Origin: Hydrolagus colliei
Taxonomy: Eukaryota
NCBI GenBank assembly: GCA_035084275.1
Contig: CM068754.1
Coordinates: 18,414,001-18,478,000, forward strand
Reading direction: 5' to 3'
DNA length: 64,000 nucleotides
The notes under the pieces are model-generated. The model was not told the DNA's origin and did no database searches. It worked only from the letters and a program-made list of their open reading frames with translations. Shown piece after piece: positions 50,601-61,953 of the stretch (positions are counted from its first letter, which is position 1; the number at the start of each line of letters is the position of its first letter). Both the position numbers and the translations under genes were made by a program.

Positions 50601-53600
50601 CCGTCACTGGGCGGGTTGATGGCACCTTCTATTCCTTGGAGTTGGGTCCTGGGCAGTTGGCGCTTTTGTGGCTTGATGTAATTCTAGCTGTAATCCTGTT
50701 AGATACTCTATACATCACAATACGTCACCGACGGCTAACGCTACTGAAACCCCTTGTCTGGTTGTAGGTGCAGGAGCTTCAGGTGCTGCTAGTCCAGGCA
50801 CATGGTGGGACCCTCCAACTGGGGAGCAGGTGAGTGCTTCCAACGTTCTTACTGATGATGTTGAAAACCAAACGCAATGCTTTAGTGCATTAGTGATCAA
50901 GTACCTGTTTAGCCATGGCCAGAGGGAGCTGCTCTGATCAAATGAAAGGTTGTGGACAGTGATGCAGTTAAAAGTGATGTTAAATTAACACAACAACAAC
51001 AACTTGGATTTATGTTGCGCCCTCCCTCACTCCACTCCGGACAGAGTCTCAGAGCGCTTCCCACTAACGGATCCCAGGGCCGAGCCAGGTGGGGAGGGGG
51101 GAGAAAGGTGACCGAAAGCCCGGTCGAAAAGAAAGGTCTTTAGCCGAGACCTGAAAGTAGGAAGAGAGGGGGGAGGCGACGCATGCTGAGCCATCCATCG
51201 GTGAGACTATGGTGAGGAGGAGATCTCAAATGTAATTACAAACCTGCTTTATCCTGACCATAGTCAGTGACAATGGGAGGTATGTGACTTTCACCTGAAC
51301 AGATATGTGCCCCCGTGTGTGTAGTGCCTGCTGTGCTGGTGTCGGTTGCTCTGTTGTGTAAAAGCTTTTCCTACTGAATAGGACTCCGAATTGTAAGAGC
51401 AAGGAGTCTGAGAAGGAGCTGGAGAGAGTGCAGCAGGAGACTCAAGCGCTGAGGAAGGCCCTATCCGATGCAGTCAGCCACCATGCGCAGATGTGCGAGC
51501 GGCTCATTGTGGTGAGTCTCAGCCTCTCTGTCTCCTTGTGTGTGATGTGGGTGTGGCTCGCGGGGAGTCCAGGTTGGTTGTTACTGTCGGGGAATGTCAG
51601 TGATGTTTCCAATGTGGACTTTCTCCCCAGTTAGAACAAGCCAACGAGAAGCTGAGGAGTGGGGTGGACGAACTCCGTCACCACGCAGGGTAGGTGCTTC
51701 TCCTTCCGTATGATCCCAACAATTGCAGTTGTAATCATAATAATAATTCATGTCTTCTAGACGTCCCAAAGCACTTAACAGAATACACTGGAAAGTGAAT
51801 TGACTGTATATATTTGTGCACAAAACTTGGCAGCCAATTGCGCACAGCAGCGTCGCCCACAACCAGATTGACTAAATTATTATTGTTGTTTTTTTGAGGG
51901 ATTATTATATTGGAGAACTTGTATGGAAACCTAGTAAATACTTTCTGTAATAAATAAATAATTCACGTCGGGAGGACGTCCTCAATCCAGTCGAGAGGGA
52001 AGCAATGTTCTTTGTTGATATGGTTTTGCCCGACTTCTCTTCTGGCCAGATGTAAACTGGACTTGCAGCGTTTGATGGAGGGAGACATAAGGGAGCAGAC
52101 TGACATACTCTGCCAACTCCAGCAGGCCATTATTAAACTGGAGGTGAGTGGGAGCATTTGTGAGAGGGTGGGAGGGTGGGGCGCGACAACCAAAGAGGCA
52201 TGACGGTTGTATTTAGAATCTGGGGGTGGCGGGGAGGGGTTGACGCGAGCTGATTATAGTTGGTAAGTCTTTAGCGATGAGGGTCCAGGTTGGCCACGCC
52301 ACCGGTCCTCGTTCTGGGCTTTTTGACGCTTTTGTCTCTTGGTGTAAACCGTGTCCTGCCGTTGATTGTCATCCCTGACAGACTGAGAGTGTGGAAGCTC
52401 CGGCGGCCGAGGAGAATGGCGAGATCAACGGGGATGTGAGTGATGCTGCGCAGCGCTGGGAACAAGATTCTCTCAAGCCATGTGTGCCTGCTGCATGTGC
52501 GTGCCTGCTGCGTGTGCGTGCGTGTATGTGCGTGTGCACTGGGCCTGTGTGGGAGCGGTGGTGTCCGTGCGTGGTGGGCGGCACCCTAACTCCAGGATTT
52601 GTGATTTAGTTTGATTCTGATGACTTGTGTGTGAATTCTCACTCTTGGTGGCAGGACAACAACGGCTTGAAGGACAAGCGTGAATCGGACCCATTCGCCA
52701 CCGAGAATGCACTGCGGCAAGCACAGCTGTCCAAGGAACTGATGGAATTGGATAAGATTTTGGTTCTGAAGGAGCAGTTGGCCCGGAAAATGAGCCAGAG
52801 CGATGAGAAAGACCCCATGGTGTCCCAGTATGAGGTGAAGGAGTTTCATGCCTAAAGTTGTTCATATGAGAGGCTGTTCATATGATAGTGTGTGTGGAAC
52901 AGACCCACACTAAGACTGTGTGACTGTTTGTGAGAGGGAGAGAACTTGGAGAGACCTGGGTTCAATTCCTGGCAGGTCAGGGCAAAACCTTGGGCAAATT
53001 TCCTTACTCCACACGCCTAATAATAGCAATCTCTCAAAAAAAAATTGGTCAATTCAATCTATAAATGATCGTGGGACACAGCTGTGTGCAATTGGCTACT
53101 GCATTAAGCACACAATTATACAGTCAATTCACTTTACAGAATATTCTGTGAAGCACTTTGGGAATGTCTAGAAGAAATGAAAAACGCTGTTATCAATTGC
53201 AAGGATGATTATTGTTGTTGTTGTCTACTTCATCAGGTTAATATCCAGAATCTAGAAACTGAGGTCACTGCTCTACAGAAGGAGAAGGAAGGGCTGCTCT
53301 CATTGCTGGAGAACACGAAGAAGGACACAAATACTGCCAAGTAAGTCCCACTGTGGGCGTAAGGTACTTTGTCTGGTTACCAATGGTCAAGGATCGCACC
53401 AGATGTGTTGCTGAACGCTATCGTTGTTAGACCCTAACGGAATTATAGTTGCCCGGGGAGCTGTTAGTTTCAGTTGTCTCCCTGTGTGGCTGGTGTGACC
53501 TGTTTACACCCATCGAGGGTTGGGAGGGCAGGCTCGTGGCTAGTGCCTGTCGCATTCTCTGCGTCCCAGAGAGAGAAAGATGGTGCGACGTTTGCACAGC

Positions 53601-56600
53601 GGTCGATATCAACCTGTCCTGTACAGATAGAGAAACTGAGCCAATGGTGTGTGTGTGTGTGGTGGGGGCTGGTGCTGAGACTCTCTGTTTGCCTATGTTG
53701 CCAGAGTGAGTGAGCGACGGAGAATGCGGTTGCAGGAACTGGAAACGGAAATGCTCCAGTTGAAGAAGAAGCTGGTGGAGCAGTCCAAGCTGGTCAAACA
53801 GAAGGAGAACGCCACCCGAACAGTAGAGAAACTCAACCAAGACATCCAGGTACAACAGCGTATTCATATAGGCACCTTGTGTGCTTTTCCCTGCCCTCTC
53901 TCTCTGGTTAGCTTCTCCTCAGACCTGTAGTGTATTATTGGACGCTGCTGTGCGCAATTGGCTGCCAAGTTTCGCGTGCCCACAAAATATACAGTCAATT
54001 CACTTTACAGTATATTCTGTGAAGCGCTTTGAGACGTCAATAAGATGTGAAAAGTGCTGTATCAAATGCAGGGATTATTATCATTGGGTGAATCTGTTCC
54101 TTTTTTTTAAATCGTGTGCGCTGTGGGATGTTACATGCAACTGCAGGTCCAGCCAGGACCTCGCCAGGTTCCTGTACTGTTCCGCAGTGACTGATGTCGG
54201 TCCCAGTCACTACTTGCTGGATATGAATTGGCTGCCACATTTATATTTTTTTTTACTAGAAAATGCGGTCACTACACTTTACAATGACTGAAACAACTCC
54301 TGACGTGAAAGACGCTGTACAAGTGTAATTTTGTTGTTGCTGTTTACTGTAAAGTTTGGAGTCCTGGAGCTCAGATGTGAAAAGTGCTAGATCAGATTCA
54401 AGGATTATTATTTACAATCCTGTGAAGCATTTGGAGATACCCTGCTGAAGTTTTTTTTAAAAAAATGCAGTGTTATTATATAATAATAATATTAATCCTT
54501 GCAGTTGATATAGCGCTTTCCACATCGTATCAACACCCCAAAGCGCTTCACAGAATATATTGTCAAGTGAATTGACTGTATATTTGTGGGCGAAACACGG
54601 CCAACTGCGCACAGCAGCGTCCCCCACAAATAGCCTTGGATTGAAATGACCAATTTTATTATTGTGGCTTTTTTGGAGGGATTATTATTAATAATACAGT
54701 AATAATATTATTATTGGTGTCCTCCTGAAATCTACGCTCCCGCCTCTTCTCTCCTGCAGTCTCTTAAAGTTCAGCGGGTTCAGCTGATGCGACAGCTAAA
54801 GGACGAGTCTGAGAAAACCCGACAGTGGAAAGCACAGAGGGAAAAGGAAGTGCTGCAGCTGAAGGCACAGGTGAGGCCTCTGTGTATGGAGTGGATTGAG
54901 GATTGAGGACTGGTTACTGTCCTGGCTTAGCAGAAGAGGCTGCAGATTATAGCTGTGCTGTCTGGCCACCCTGTGGGCAAGCCCCCAGTACACCTGTCAC
55001 CAGGTCCTGCCCCACCTTCAGACTGCTCTTCACCTTCACTCTGTACTGCCGTGATCGTCCTGTTTACTGACTTGTCATTCTGCGTGTGAGCTGGTGTGTG
55101 AGGGCTCCCAAACACTCCCCTCCCAGCTCGGGTTACATGCCTCTTGTTCAGCGCCTTGGGACGTCCTCCCGACGTGAAAGGCGCTCTATAAGTGTAAATT
55201 GTTGTTGTTGTTGGTAGAGCTCTGGTAGTTCCTCTGTTCAGAGCTGATGGCCTAACTACTCCCTTTAGGATCGGAAGAGACGATATGAGCTACTGAAGCT
55301 GGAAAGAAATTACCAGCAGCAAAGCAACGTGCTGAGACGCAAGACTGAGGAGGTGAGTGGGTGCTCTCCGGGGTTTGGGTGTTGGGAGGGTGGGGGAAGA
55401 TGGGGATGAGGTGAAGCTCGGGAGGGGGCTGGGGGAGGTGGGGGGGTGGCATGTGTATGTACGACTGAGGTTCTCCTGGTTTCCCCCCCAGGCCGCTGCT
55501 GCACACAAGCGGTTGCGAGATGCTTTGCAGAGACAGAAGGATGCGTCCGCCAAGCGAAAGGATCAGAGCCGAGGAACGGAAGGGATGGTGGCCAGAGTCA
55601 AGGTAATGGTGTGGATGGAGAGTATGTTTGTCCTGGCTGCGCTCGCACCTCACTGTGCAGGCTACTGACCCCAAACCCACGCTTCACTCTGTGAGCAACT
55701 CCCAGCTTCACACCCACTGTCCCTACCCCATAATTGAAGGATGGTATTTCAACATCCTCTCCTCCTTCCCTCAACTCATTTAAGACATAATAATTCTTGT
55801 ATTTGATATATAATGCCTTATCTCTTCGAGATGTCTCCACAAGTGCTTCACAGAATATATTCCTGTAGTGCAGTGATTACTGCTCTCGCCTTGGCAAGCG
55901 AGAGAGAGAGCTGGGTTCAATTCCCAGCAGGGTGAAACGTTGGCAAGTTTCCTTACTCCACACATCTGTGTTTCCCTAGCAGTGAGTAGGAACCCGGTGA
56001 TTAGTTGATTGGAGATTCGCTGTTCCGGAGGAAATAATCCCTCCAAAAAATGATAATAATAATAATAAATTGGTCACTCAGTCCACAACTTGAGTTGAAC
56101 GCTGCTGTGTGTAATTGGACTGCAGTGTTTCGTCCACAAAATATACAGTCAATTCACTTTACAGTGTATTCCTGTGAAGCGCTTTGAGACACAGTCGATA
56201 CGATGTGAAAAGCAGCGATATCAAATGCAAAGATTATCATAATAATTCCTCTGTGAAGTCTGCACTGTGCTGTATAGCGATGACTGCTGCCATGGTGTGT
56301 CCTGTGTTGCAGACCTGGCTGTCCAATGAGCTGGAGGTGCAGGTGAGCATCGAGGCAGCCCGGCGACCCCTGAACTCCCTGCTGGAAGACAGGAAGCTCC
56401 TGGCGCAAGAGCTGTCCATGCTGAAGGACAAGAAAGAGGGCAAACACCCTCCTTCCAAACAACGGGTAAGTCACTCCTCACATTGTGGGTGGTGTTGGGG
56501 TCCAGCTTCTGTAAGCTTCTCCTACTCTCCTTCCGCTTTCCACTCCCCCGCTCGGGTCCCGGCAATGATTGTTCAGCGTTTTGTGACGTCTTCCCGACGT

Positions 56601-59600
56601 GAAAGGCGCTACATAAACGTAATTTTGTTGTTGTAACGGGGCAAATTGTTTTTACAGAGGTTAAAGGGGGCATTTATTTCAGCTCCTGTAATGGGGGCAA
56701 GGTGTCCCCCTCACTCTCGGCCGCTGTGACTAATGTGTTTAGCAGATGCTCCGAGCTCCGTTGGGTTTGATTGATTTGCCCCCTAATCCTCCGTGTGTCC
56801 TCTCTACAGCGCAAAACCTTCTCGCTGACAGAGCTGATCAATTCTGTTGAGGACAACCCCTCACTGGATATGCGCATCGAAAGCCTGGAGTCTGAGATAG
56901 AACTGCGGTTCGTATCTGTGCTGAGCTGTCCGGGGAGATTGTGGGGGTGGGTGGGGGCTGCCCGGGGAGATTGGGGGGGGGGGGCTGTCCGGGGAGATTG
57001 GGTGGGGAGTGCTGTCTGGGGGGTGGGTGGGTGGGGGCTGTCCGGGGAGATTGGGGGGGGGGGGCTGTCCGGGGAGATTGGGGGGGGGGAGTGCTGTCTG
57101 GGGGGTGGGTGGGTGGGGGCTGTCCGGAGAGATTGGGGTGGGGGCTGTCCGGGGAGATTGGGGTGGGTGGCTGTCCGGGGAGATTGGGGGGGGGGGGGGC
57201 TGTCCGGGGAGATTGGGGGGTGGGGTGGGGGGGGGGGCTGTCCGGGGAGATTGGGGTGGGGGCTGTCCGGGGAGATTGGGGGGGGGGGTGGGGGGGGGGC
57301 TGTCCGGGGAGATTGGGGTGGGGGCTGTCCGGGGAGATTGGGGGAGAGTGCTGTCTGGGGGGTGGGTGGGTGGGGGCTGTCCGGGGAGATTGGGGGGGGG
57401 GGGGTGGGGGGGGGGGCTGTCCGGGGAGATTGGGGTGGGGGCTGTCCGGGGAGATTGGGGGGGGGGGGTGGGGGTGGGGGCTGTCCGGGGAGATTGGGGT
57501 GGGGGCTGTCCGGGGAGATTGGGGTGGGGGCTGTCCGGGGAGATTGGGGGGGGGGGGGCTGTCCGGGGTGGGGGGACGGAGGGGGCTGTCCGCGGTGGGG
57601 TGGGGTGTGCGGAGTGTCCTGCTGATGGTTGGTGCCGCTGAGACTCCCTGTCCTGTGGTGACTGGCTGACGTGTCTGGCCTGTTACAGGAGCTCCCAGAT
57701 CGCTGACCTGCAGCAGAAGCTGATGGACGCGGCCAATGAGGAGAAGCAGAGAGGCTGCTGGGAGGGCATTGCCGTCATGTCGGAGGCCAAGTGTGGGCTG
57801 AAGTGGTTGATGGGAGAGGTTAGCTGTCAAGGCATTGGCTCCGGCCGTGTTCTCTCAAAAGTGTTGGTGGCTGTTTGCAAGTGAATGCGAGTCTGTTGCG
57901 CGACACCCCTAATCTTTTACTGCCCATGTGAGAGGCTCTGTATAAATGTAATTTGCTGAGTGCATCTGACCCTGTGTCCTCAAGTGCTAGTATCTGCATT
58001 CCTTTCTTGAGTTTCCTTACTCCACACGCCTAATAATAATCCGTCTAAAAAAACAAACCACAATATAAAATTGGCCGTTTCAATCCTCGACTGTCTGTGG
58101 GGGGACGCTGCTGTGCGCAATTGGCTGCCGCGTTTCACCCACAAATATATATATGTATACAGTCAATTCACTTTACTGTATTCTGTGAAGCGCTTTGAGA
58201 TGTTGATAAGATGTGAAAAGCGCTGTATCAAATGAAAGTATTATTATAATGTAAAACAATATCTGAAGTTGCGACAGTATTGAGGCTGCTTCCTTCACTC
58301 CAGCAATTTGGGTGAAACTATTTTTTGTGTCGTTGGGTGAAGCTGGTGTCCTGTAAAGTGTCTCACAGCCACCTGGAGAGCGAGATAGAGCAAAACAGAA
58401 TGGACTTGGCCGAGACTGAGAAGAGCTTGCTGGAGAAGCGGAGGCTGGGACTGGAGCTGGAGACAGAGCAGCAACAACAACTCCTCGAGTGGGAACAGAA
58501 ATACCANNNNNNNNNNNNNNNNNNNNNNNNNNNNNNNNNNNNNNNNNNNNNNNNNNNNNNNNNNNNNNNNNNNNNNNNNNNNNNNNNNNNNNNNNNNNNN
58601 NNNNNNNNNNNNNNNNNNNNNNNNNNNNNNNNNNNNNNNNNNNNNNNNNNNNNNNNGTGCTGTTTGAGACTGGGTGGGGGGGGGGGTGGAATCTCTGGCT
58701 CTAGTTGGGTCTAGATGTGGGGAGGTACTGCTTGTGTGTTATATGACAGGTGAGGAACAAGTCTTGACCAGTGGTCAGTGCTGAGGTCCAGCCTCAGTCC
58801 AGGGTAGACGAGCGCACTAGCATCAATGTGGGAAGCGCTGGCAGAGAGGGCGTTTAACATGGGAGGAGGAGAGAGGAACATGAAGTGGAGGAAGATGCCA
58901 GAGTCTACATTAAATAGATTGTATTGTGTCCACTCTCTGTATTATATTGTCAATCTGTCTCTTCAGGAGCATGAAATCCAGAGGCTGAAGGCTCTGTGTG
59001 ATGAAAATCTGCAGCGAATCAGAGAGAAGGAACAGGTCTGTGCACGGCTAACGGTGGGGGATTGACACTGAGACAAGGCCGGGGGATAGGAGGGTATCAG
59101 TGAGAGGAGTGTCGGAGGCTGAGATTGTCTGATAGTGGGATGTGGGGGTGAGGGAGGAGCTTTACTCTGTATCTCTCCCTGCCGCCGCACTGGCCTTTTG
59201 ACGCTCATGTCGGTTTGTCACCTGGTGTAAAAGAATTGGAAATGGGTTGATTTCCAATTGACTGAGTGGAGTGCAGGTGCCGGTTTCCCTCTGACTGGGG
59301 GTGGTGGTGACGGTGTTGTGATGATTGTGATGTGTGCGGCAGGGGCACACTTTCGACAGGCACTAACCCCCCCCCCGGTATCTGGTTACAGAAGTTGTCC
59401 TTGATCGATAGCACAACCCTGAAGTTCAGCAAAGGTTTGGCCGAGGATCTGGCTGGATCCCCCTTTGTCTTTGTTCCTCAAAAGGTAAGATCCTCGTCCT
59501 CTTGGCAATCTCACATTATACCTCGTATCTCACCCTCCCACTCGAACAATCTTAGGTTCTTACACACTCACTGTGTATGTGGGGTGGATGGGTTGGGGGG

Positions 59601-61953
59601 GGAGGTCAGGTGCAAACAATAAAAAGACAATTTCCACGTGGCTAAAATTGGGTGAAAATTGTCCCGGAACCGAGCCAGCTTTTTGATTCTCGAACGAATC
59701 ATTAGTTTTGAGGTTTGAAGTCGTGGTTTCTCTGGTTTCAGCCGAAGCAGCGGAGGAAGACGTGTGCCAAGGTCACCGGAGCCACCCCGCGCATGATGCT
59801 AGAGGAACTGCTCTCCGACTCGGAGTCCGAAGCAGAGAACAGCCATGATGACACTGACTGGAACCCAGTCGTGCAGAAAGCAGCCAAGAAACTCAATAAA
59901 GGGGTATTTTTGCCACTTTATTATTATAATAATAATAATAATAATAATCCTGGCATTTGATGTAGCGGCTTTTCACATCCTATCGACGTCTCAAAGCGCT
60001 TCACAGAATATACTGTAAAGTGAATTGACTGTGTGTATATATATTTGTGGGCGAAATTACCTGCGGAGCTGAGGCTATCCACGCTCGGGGCTTCAGAAAG
60101 CTTTCACAGAAACAATGGGAGTGACAGTTCATTACCTCTGAGTCCGAGGTTGTGAGTTCCAGTCTCACATCGGGACTTGGACTGACACAGTCCATAATAC
60201 AGTCAAACCGCTCTACACTGCGCCCTGCGACATTTCTGTGATAATGCCCTGCATCCGATGCAGCGATTAACACCCCCCCCCCGCCCCAGCTTGATGTTCA
60301 TCCTGCCTTTGAAAACACGTGGCTGACAGGGAATGACAGGTGTTGAGTGCTTTGGGGACCTCCTCCTGACATGAAAGTTGCTGTATAAATGTAAATCTGT
60401 GTTGTGCTGGCATTCGTTGGAAGTTAAGTTCCACGAGAGAAAGCGTGGAGTCCTGCTGCCTGAAACCCACTCTGTCTTTGAGTTTTTTCTCCCCTCTCTC
60501 GCCTCAGTTTAACCCAAGGTTTCTCTCTCTCTTTAGTGCTGCTGCAAAGGGCGATGTGCAAACAAACAGTGCAAGTGTCGCAAACAGAGGATGGACTGTG
60601 GGGAACACTGTAAATGTGACTCTGAACATTGCCGCAACCGCATCTCGGTGAGACTCGCCCTCTCTTTTCTCTCTCCCCGCTCTAGATACGATATAAACCC
60701 GGTTTGGTTAAGTTAAGTTACAAATCCCTCCACTCCTCTGCACCCCACTACCTCTCTGACCTCTTCTCTCCTCAAACCAGCTCCCGTTGCTTCGCTCCCC
60801 CGTCTCTGGCCTCCTCCATGTCCCCGTCCCCCCCCCAAATCCTCCGCTCCACCCTCGGTGGCCGTGCCTTCAGCCGCTTGGCCCTGAGGTTCTGGAATTC
60901 CCTTCGCCTCGCCTCCTCTCTTCCCAGTTTCAGATCCCAGCTAAAGACCTTTCTCTTCGACCGTGCCTTTGGTCACCTGTCTCCCCCTGCCCCTGGCTCG
61001 GTGTGGGGATCAGCTATTGTGAAGTGCTCTGAGACGCTGTCCGGCGTGGAGTGAGGGCGCGATATAAATCAATGTTGTTGTTATAATTCAGTCCGTTCCG
61101 AGGCCATCTTCACTGCTGTACACATTCAGACCATTTTACCTCATTCAGCCACGTTTCTCATTGCATCAGTCGACAGTGAGGAAGGTGGGGGGGGGGGGGG
61201 GGGAGTCTCCGATTCACCACCAGGCGTCACTGAATTCCAGCAGAGATAATAATGGGGAGATTGTTTAAGTTATGGAATCACACGACCCTCACCAACTCGG
61301 TCACTGAACTCCCAACTATACTGAGTATTATCCTGGCTCTTTGCTGAGCTGCCCTCGTGTGGAAGAGGGGTGTGGGTGGGTGTCATTTTAATCTTGTGCC
61401 AATCAGAGATACGCGCAGTCGTGTCGGGCATATATATATTATATTATATTTGTGCGCGAGTGGCTGCCTGTTGGAAGCTGGGACCCAGCCAGTTGTCAGT
61501 GAGGCTGATTCCGTTTCCCCCTCAGCTTCAAGATGGCTTCAACGGTGAGGGCTCTGATGGCTCCTTCAAACTGGAGGATCCCACAACCTCGGAGTCTTGT
61601 TTCTTCCAGCCTCTCAATGCCACGTCAGACAAGGTAGGGCTACTCCTGGGGGGGGGGAGTGTGGTGGGGGGGAGCCAGACTGAGCTGTGTGTGTGGGGTG
61701 GGGGCTGATATAAACCACTGACTAACATGTCCGTGTCTGGCACACGCAGGACGTGAACAGCGTGACTGAGCTGGGAGAGATGGCGCTGAGGCTGGTGAGG
61801 AAGCCGCAGAGCGTGGAGGCCACGGCCGTCAACGAATCCTTCAGCAAACGCAAGAAAAAAACACTGTCCAGCTGTAACATCAGCTTCTTCTCAGGGTGTA
61901 CCCCGATCCGGGAGGGGCTGGAGTCAGCCAGCCAGCCAGCCAGCGATCGGTAG
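47532..61953 (+). CDS. KIF4A: Kinesin family member 4 (chromokinesin); 29 visible coding exons, interrupted by N-gap 58507-58656
   Basis: Motor motifs [19 protein letters not shown] (P-loop), NSYSSRSH (switch I), LVDLAGSE (switch II) and DSLGGNSHT; coiled coil; C-terminal Cys-rich domain and [11 protein letters not shown] tail typical of KIF4. Confidence 0.97.
47792..47906 (+). CDS. KIF4A: KIF4 coding exon 2
   Basis: [17 protein letters not shown]...IDGIFK. Confidence 0.95.
48169..48359 (+). CDS. KIF4A: KIF4 coding exon 3 (P-loop)
   Basis: [20 protein letters not shown]...ISYLE. Confidence 0.96.
48588..48677 (+). CDS. KIF4A: KIF4 coding exon 4
   Basis: [30 protein letters not shown]. Confidence 0.95.
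49211..49377 (+). CDS. KIF4A: KIF4 coding exon 5 (switch I)
   Basis: IVGLTEK...[21 protein letters not shown]... Confidence 0.95.
49697..49791 (+). CDS. KIF4A: KIF4 coding exon 6 (switch II; GC donor)
   Basis: [26 protein letters not shown]; donor AAG|GCAAGT. Confidence 0.93.
49919..50038 (+). CDS. KIF4A: KIF4 coding exon 7
   Basis: [20 protein letters not shown]...[12 protein letters not shown]. Confidence 0.95.
50160..50335 (+). CDS. KIF4A: KIF4 coding exon 8
   Basis: [20 protein letters not shown]...[13 protein letters not shown]...LKQQ. Confidence 0.96.
50768..50829 (+). CDS. KIF4A: KIF4 coding exon 9
   Basis: [20 protein letters not shown]. Confidence 0.92.
51382..51511 (+). CDS. KIF4A: KIF4 coding exon 10
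   Basis: ...[32 protein letters not shown]. Confidence 0.88.
51631..51689 (+). CDS. KIF4A: KIF4 coding exon 11
   Basis: [19 protein letters not shown]. Confidence 0.9.
52050..52143 (+). CDS. KIF4A: KIF4 coding exon 12
   Basis: [31 protein letters not shown]. Confidence 0.9.
52382..52435 (+). CDS. KIF4A: KIF4 coding exon 13
   Basis: [18 protein letters not shown]; AG/GT, phase 0. Confidence 0.75.
52655..52834 (+). CDS. KIF4A: KIF4 coding exon 14
   Basis: ...[33 protein letters not shown]... Confidence 0.92.
52950..53224 (+). mobile_element. tRNA SINE abutting a KIF4 exon acceptor
   Basis: B box to tail. Confidence 0.85.
53237..53340 (+). CDS. KIF4A: KIF4 coding exon 15
   Basis: [34 protein letters not shown]. 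Confidence 0.92.
53705..53849 (+). CDS. KIF4A: KIF4 coding exon 16
   Basis: [23 protein letters not shown]...LNQDIQ. Confidence 0.93.
54760..54870 (+). CDS. KIF4A: KIF4 coding exon 17
   Basis: [24 protein letters not shown]...EVLQLKAQ. Confidence 0.93.
55269..55352 (+). CDS. KIF4A: KIF4 coding exon 18
   Basis: [28 protein letters not shown]. Confidence 0.94.
55492..55602 (+). CDS. KIF4A: KIF4 coding exon 19
   Basis: [16 protein letters not shown]...MVARVK. Confidence 0.93.
55860..56245 (+). mobile_element. Full-length tRNA SINE. Other KIF4-region copies: ~48941-49140 (-), 51740-51910 (-), 53940-54082 (+), 54490-54690 (-), 58010-58250 (+), 59925-60055 (-)
   Basis: Family motifs. Confidence 0.8.
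56313..56465 (+). CDS. KIF4A: KIF4 coding exon 20
   Basis: [12 protein letters not shown]...[12 protein letters not shown]... Confidence 0.93.
56810..56907 (+). CDS. KIF4A: KIF4 coding exon 21
   Basis: RKTFSLTEL...[10 protein letters not shown]; weak donor CG|GTTCGT. Confidence 0.9.
56925..57575 (+). repeat. G-rich intronic minisatellite (GGCTGTCCGGGGAGATTGGGG + variable G/T spacer)
   Basis: About 20 units read directly. Confidence 0.95.
57689..57818 (+). CDS. KIF4A: KIF4 coding exon 22
   Basis: [14 protein letters not shown]...[12 protein letters not shown]. Confidence 0.93.
58343..58506 (+). CDS. KIF4A: KIF4 coding exon 23 (3' end lost in gap)
   Basis: [14 protein letters not shown]...LLEWEQKY, then Ns. 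Confidence 0.85.
58507..58656. other. Assembly gap (150 N) inside KIF4
   Basis: N run. Confidence 1.
58967..59035 (+). CDS. KIF4A: KIF4 coding exon
   Basis: [23 protein letters not shown]. Confidence 0.85.
59392..59484 (+). CDS. KIF4A: KIF4 coding exon
   Basis: KLSLIDS...SPFVFVPQK. Confidence 0.82.
59742..59903 (+). CDS. KIF4A: KIF4 coding exon
   Basis: PKQRRK...[11 protein letters not shown]...[16 protein letters not shown]. Confidence 0.88.
60537..60647 (+). CDS. KIF4A: KIF4 Cys-rich domain exon
   Basis: [37 protein letters not shown]. Confidence 0.93.
60720..61082 (+). mobile_element. L2-clade LINE 3' end. Shorter copies: ~17500-17650 (+), 35955-36200 (-), 39080-39290 (+), 43340-43500 (+), 50990-51170 (-)
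   Basis: ...[16 protein letters not shown]...[11 protein letters not shown], then stem-loop tail and (TTG)n. Confidence 0.8.
61526..61633 (+). CDS. KIF4A: KIF4 penultimate coding exon
   Basis: ...[24 protein letters not shown]. Confidence 0.9.
61750..61953 (+). CDS. KIF4A: KIF4 terminal coding exon
   Basis: ...[35 protein letters not shown]. Confidence 0.9.
   Translation, partial: DVNSVTELGEMALRLVRKPQSVEATAVNESFSKRKKKTLSSCNISFFSGCTPIREGLESASQPASDR

Noticed and set aside
56771-57830. ORFs of 210-330 aa
   Set aside because: Intronic G-rich repeat; only 56810-56907 and 57689-57818 are real exons.
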